Source: an uncultured Erysipelotrichaceae bacterium (lineage in GTDB: Bacteria; Bacillota_I; Bacilli_A; RF39; UBA660). From it: a DNA stretch of 64,000 nucleotides. A program made the translations under genes and the position numbers. The stretch lies in NCBI GenBank assembly GCA_902798815.1, contig CADBYH010000004.1, forward strand, positions 9,610 to 73,609, given 5' to 3'. Within the stretch, counting starts at the first letter, position 1, and the number at the start of each line of letters is the position of its first letter. Shown here one piece after another: positions 62,317 to 64,000 of the stretch. Under the pieces are notes generated by a model that had not been told where the DNA came from, did no database searches, and worked only from the letters and a program-made list of their open reading frames with translations.

Positions 62317-64000
62317 ATGAACATTGAAAAAGCATTAAAAAATTATCTGAATGATAAAGGACCAAAGATTAGAGTCGAAGACTTTTATCTTTATTGTAAT
62401 GGTAATTATAATGCGATTATCAATGTTCTTTTTAAGTTAATAAATGATGAAATAGATGAAATGAAGGAATATAAAAATCTAGATAAAATAGTTGAAATAT
62501 TAAAAATGATTGAATTATTACTTGGTAATAATGAAAATATAAATAGAAAAATAATTAAAAGAAAAGTAAGTAGATTAATTGAAAAAATTCCTAGATTTTT
62601 ATCAGAGTGTGGATCAAGATTTAATGATATTTTTAGTATAGAAACTGAATTTAAAAAAGTATTAAATGAATTAGATAATCTTTTGAAATTAAATGAGAAA
62701 AAAGATACTAAACAGTATGATTTTATGTATTATTTAATGTGTGAAGTTAAGAATGTTGAATATATAGAATATACTCTTAGAAAGATGCCTAATTTAGTTA
62801 ATGTTAAAGATAAGAGTGGAAAATCTTTATTTAAAAGTGTAATTGATAATTATTTAAAAAGTGTTGTTGAATATAATGAGGAAGATATATTTTACTATGG
62901 GCATTTGATTTCTTTAATTGTTTCACAGAAAAAGTTTTTAACAACCGAAACAGAAAGAAAGAATTGTTTAGATGATATTTATTCCTACTATAATAAAATA
63001 AGTTATAACAAAAAAGTAAAGAAGAAAAATGCTCTTAAGGTTGAGGCATTTGATAGAATTATCAATATCATTAAGGGTATTGATAAAAAGAATATAGGCA
63101 TTTCTGAGATATCATCTAAATATAATATAAAACTATTTTTTGATGAAGATATTATTAGAGAGGCTAAATTAGTTAAAGAAGCAAGTGTTGGTGAAATGAC
63201 TGATAGAGTTGTTATTGATGATTATGTTATTTCTATGGATAAAGCTAATACAGTTGAAATAGATGATGCACTTTCATGTAAAAAACTTCCTAATGGAAAT
63301 CATCTTTTATCAGTACATGTTGCTTCTGTACTTGGATATTTTCCTTATGAATCATTAATTGTTCAAGAGGCAATTTCAAGAAATCAAGCAATTTATTTGC
63401 CTCATAAATTTCAAACTAAGGATAATGATTTTAATAGGACTATTCCAATATTCCCATATGATTTTTGTGCGGATAAAGGATCTTTAAAGGAAGGATGTCC
63501 AAGACTTGCTAGAAGTTATATTTTTGAAATTGATAAAAATGGAAATATTGTTGATGAAAAGTTTATAAAGACTATTGTTACTAATAATAAAAGATTAACT
63601 TATGATAAAGCTAATAGCATTTTGGAAAATGGATCAGATGATGAGATGCTTTTAGAGACTTTAAGTAATTTAAAAGAAGTAACTGAGATAATTGATAAGA
63701 AATATGTTACATTAGATATATATGAATCTATTAAAGAAACTTTGGAGGATATTTCAGAACTTAGAGTTAAAAAGATTGGATCAGAAAATATTGTATATCA
63801 AGCAATGTTACTTACAGGTAATAGAGTAGCGGAGTTTTTTGCTAGAAAAGATTTACCATTACTTTATAGAGTTCACTATGAAGATGAAATTGAAAATGAT
63901 AAATTAAAGACTATGATAGATATATTAAATAGTACTTATGGAGGAGAACAATTTAATAATTTATATCAATTAATTGATGGTATATATCCTAAAGGTTGGT
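62317..64000 (+). CDS. RNB-domain 3'-5' exoribonuclease (RNase II/R family), 3' end outside window
   Basis: Open frame from ATG 62317 (AGGAGGGA RBS) to the window edge. RNB motif VISMDKANTVEIDDALS...HLLSVHVASV...AIYLP. Not in the ORF track because no stop falls within the window. Confidence 0.75.
   Translation, partial: MNIEKALKNYLNDKGPKIRVEDFYLYCNGNYNAIINVLFKLINDEIDEMKEYKNLDKIVEILKMIELLLGNNENINRKIIKRKVSRLIEKIPRFLSECGSRFNDIFSIETEFKKVLNELDNLLKLNEKKDTKQYDFMYYLMCEVKNVEYIEYTLRKMPNLVNVKDKSGKSLFKSVIDNYLKSVVEYNEEDIFYYGHLISLIVSQKKFLTTETERKNCLDDIYSYYNKISYNKKVKKKNALKVEAFDRIINIIKGIDKKNIGISEISSKYNIKLFFDEDIIREAKLVKEASVGEMTDRVVIDDYVISMDKANTVEIDDALSCKKLPNGNHLLSVHVASVLGYFPYESLIVQEAISRNQAIYLPHKFQTKDNDFNRTIPIFPYDFCADKGSLKEGCPRLARSYIFEIDKNGNIVDEKFIKTIVTNNKRLTYDKANSILENGSDDEMLLETLSNLKEVTEIIDKKYVTLDIYESIKETLEDISELRVKKIGSENIVYQAMLLTGNRVAEFFARKDLPLLYRVHYEDEIENDKLKTMIDILNSTYGGEQFNNLYQLIDGIYPKGW

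Noticed and set aside
1-64000. Possibility of a Mollicutes-type genetic code (TGA = Trp), given the extreme AT richness
   Set aside because: Conserved genes end cleanly at TGA, for example comEA, comEC, the DHH gene and peptide A. Long proteins such as PolC, IF-2, PNPase and SMC are uninterrupted under the standard code, with Trp encoded by TGG.
1-64000. CRISPR arrays, rRNA genes, IS elements, integrases or prophage modules
   Set aside because: I found no spaced direct-repeat arrays and no transposase or recombinase motifs in any long ORF. The only long repeat is the comEC duplication, which is reported separately.

Overview
This is a very AT-rich Bacillota-type chromosomal segment. It has PolC and sporulation-type genes, uses the standard genetic code with TGA as stop, and is almost entirely plus-strand coding. 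Most of it is core housekeeping DNA in blocks that follow Bacillus subtilis gene order: (1) valS 3' end ... radC-mreC-mreD-spoIVFA/spoIVFB-like; (2) rpsU-yqeY-yqfC-yqfD-(vanZ)-ybeY-dgkA-cdd-era-yqzL-recO; (3) polC ... rimP-nusA-ylxR-infB-rbfA ... rpsO-pnp-ylxY-like; (4) smc, def, a SEDS protein, a DHH phosphoesterase and comEA-comEC; (5) dnaI-like and an RNB exoribonuclease that runs off the right edge. Accessory or odd material sits at the joints between these blocks.

- **Bacteriocin-type locus (about 9.1-12.3 kb):** it lies between a lone tRNA-Ala and rpsU. It holds a C39-peptidase ABC exporter, a 141-aa membrane protein and two translationally coupled double-glycine-leader peptides, one of them missing from the ORF track. 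An orphan structured RNA/terminator element precedes it.
- **Leader upstream of the RelA/SpoT-family gene:** a consensus promoter is followed by a 24-codon cysteine-rich leader ORF and a terminator-like hairpin. The RelA/SpoT-family protein itself is short and has a degenerate synthetase signature.
- **Region between polC and rimP:** an in-frame VanY-TruB fusion, two tandem SAM-transferase-like paralogs and a J-domain/LysM membrane protein.
- **Split surface-protein gene plus a CPBP protease:** these lie between rbfA and rpsO.
- **comEC cassette:** a 39-bp perfect direct repeat brackets the comEC 3' end, a translationally coupled YhcG/DUF1016-type PD-(D/E)xK nuclease and a 79-aa ORF. A diverged, truncated relic of the comEC metallo-beta-lactamase segment follows.

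No CRISPR array, rRNA, transposase or integrase was seen. All functional calls rest on motif recognition by eye and on synteny. No database search was run.
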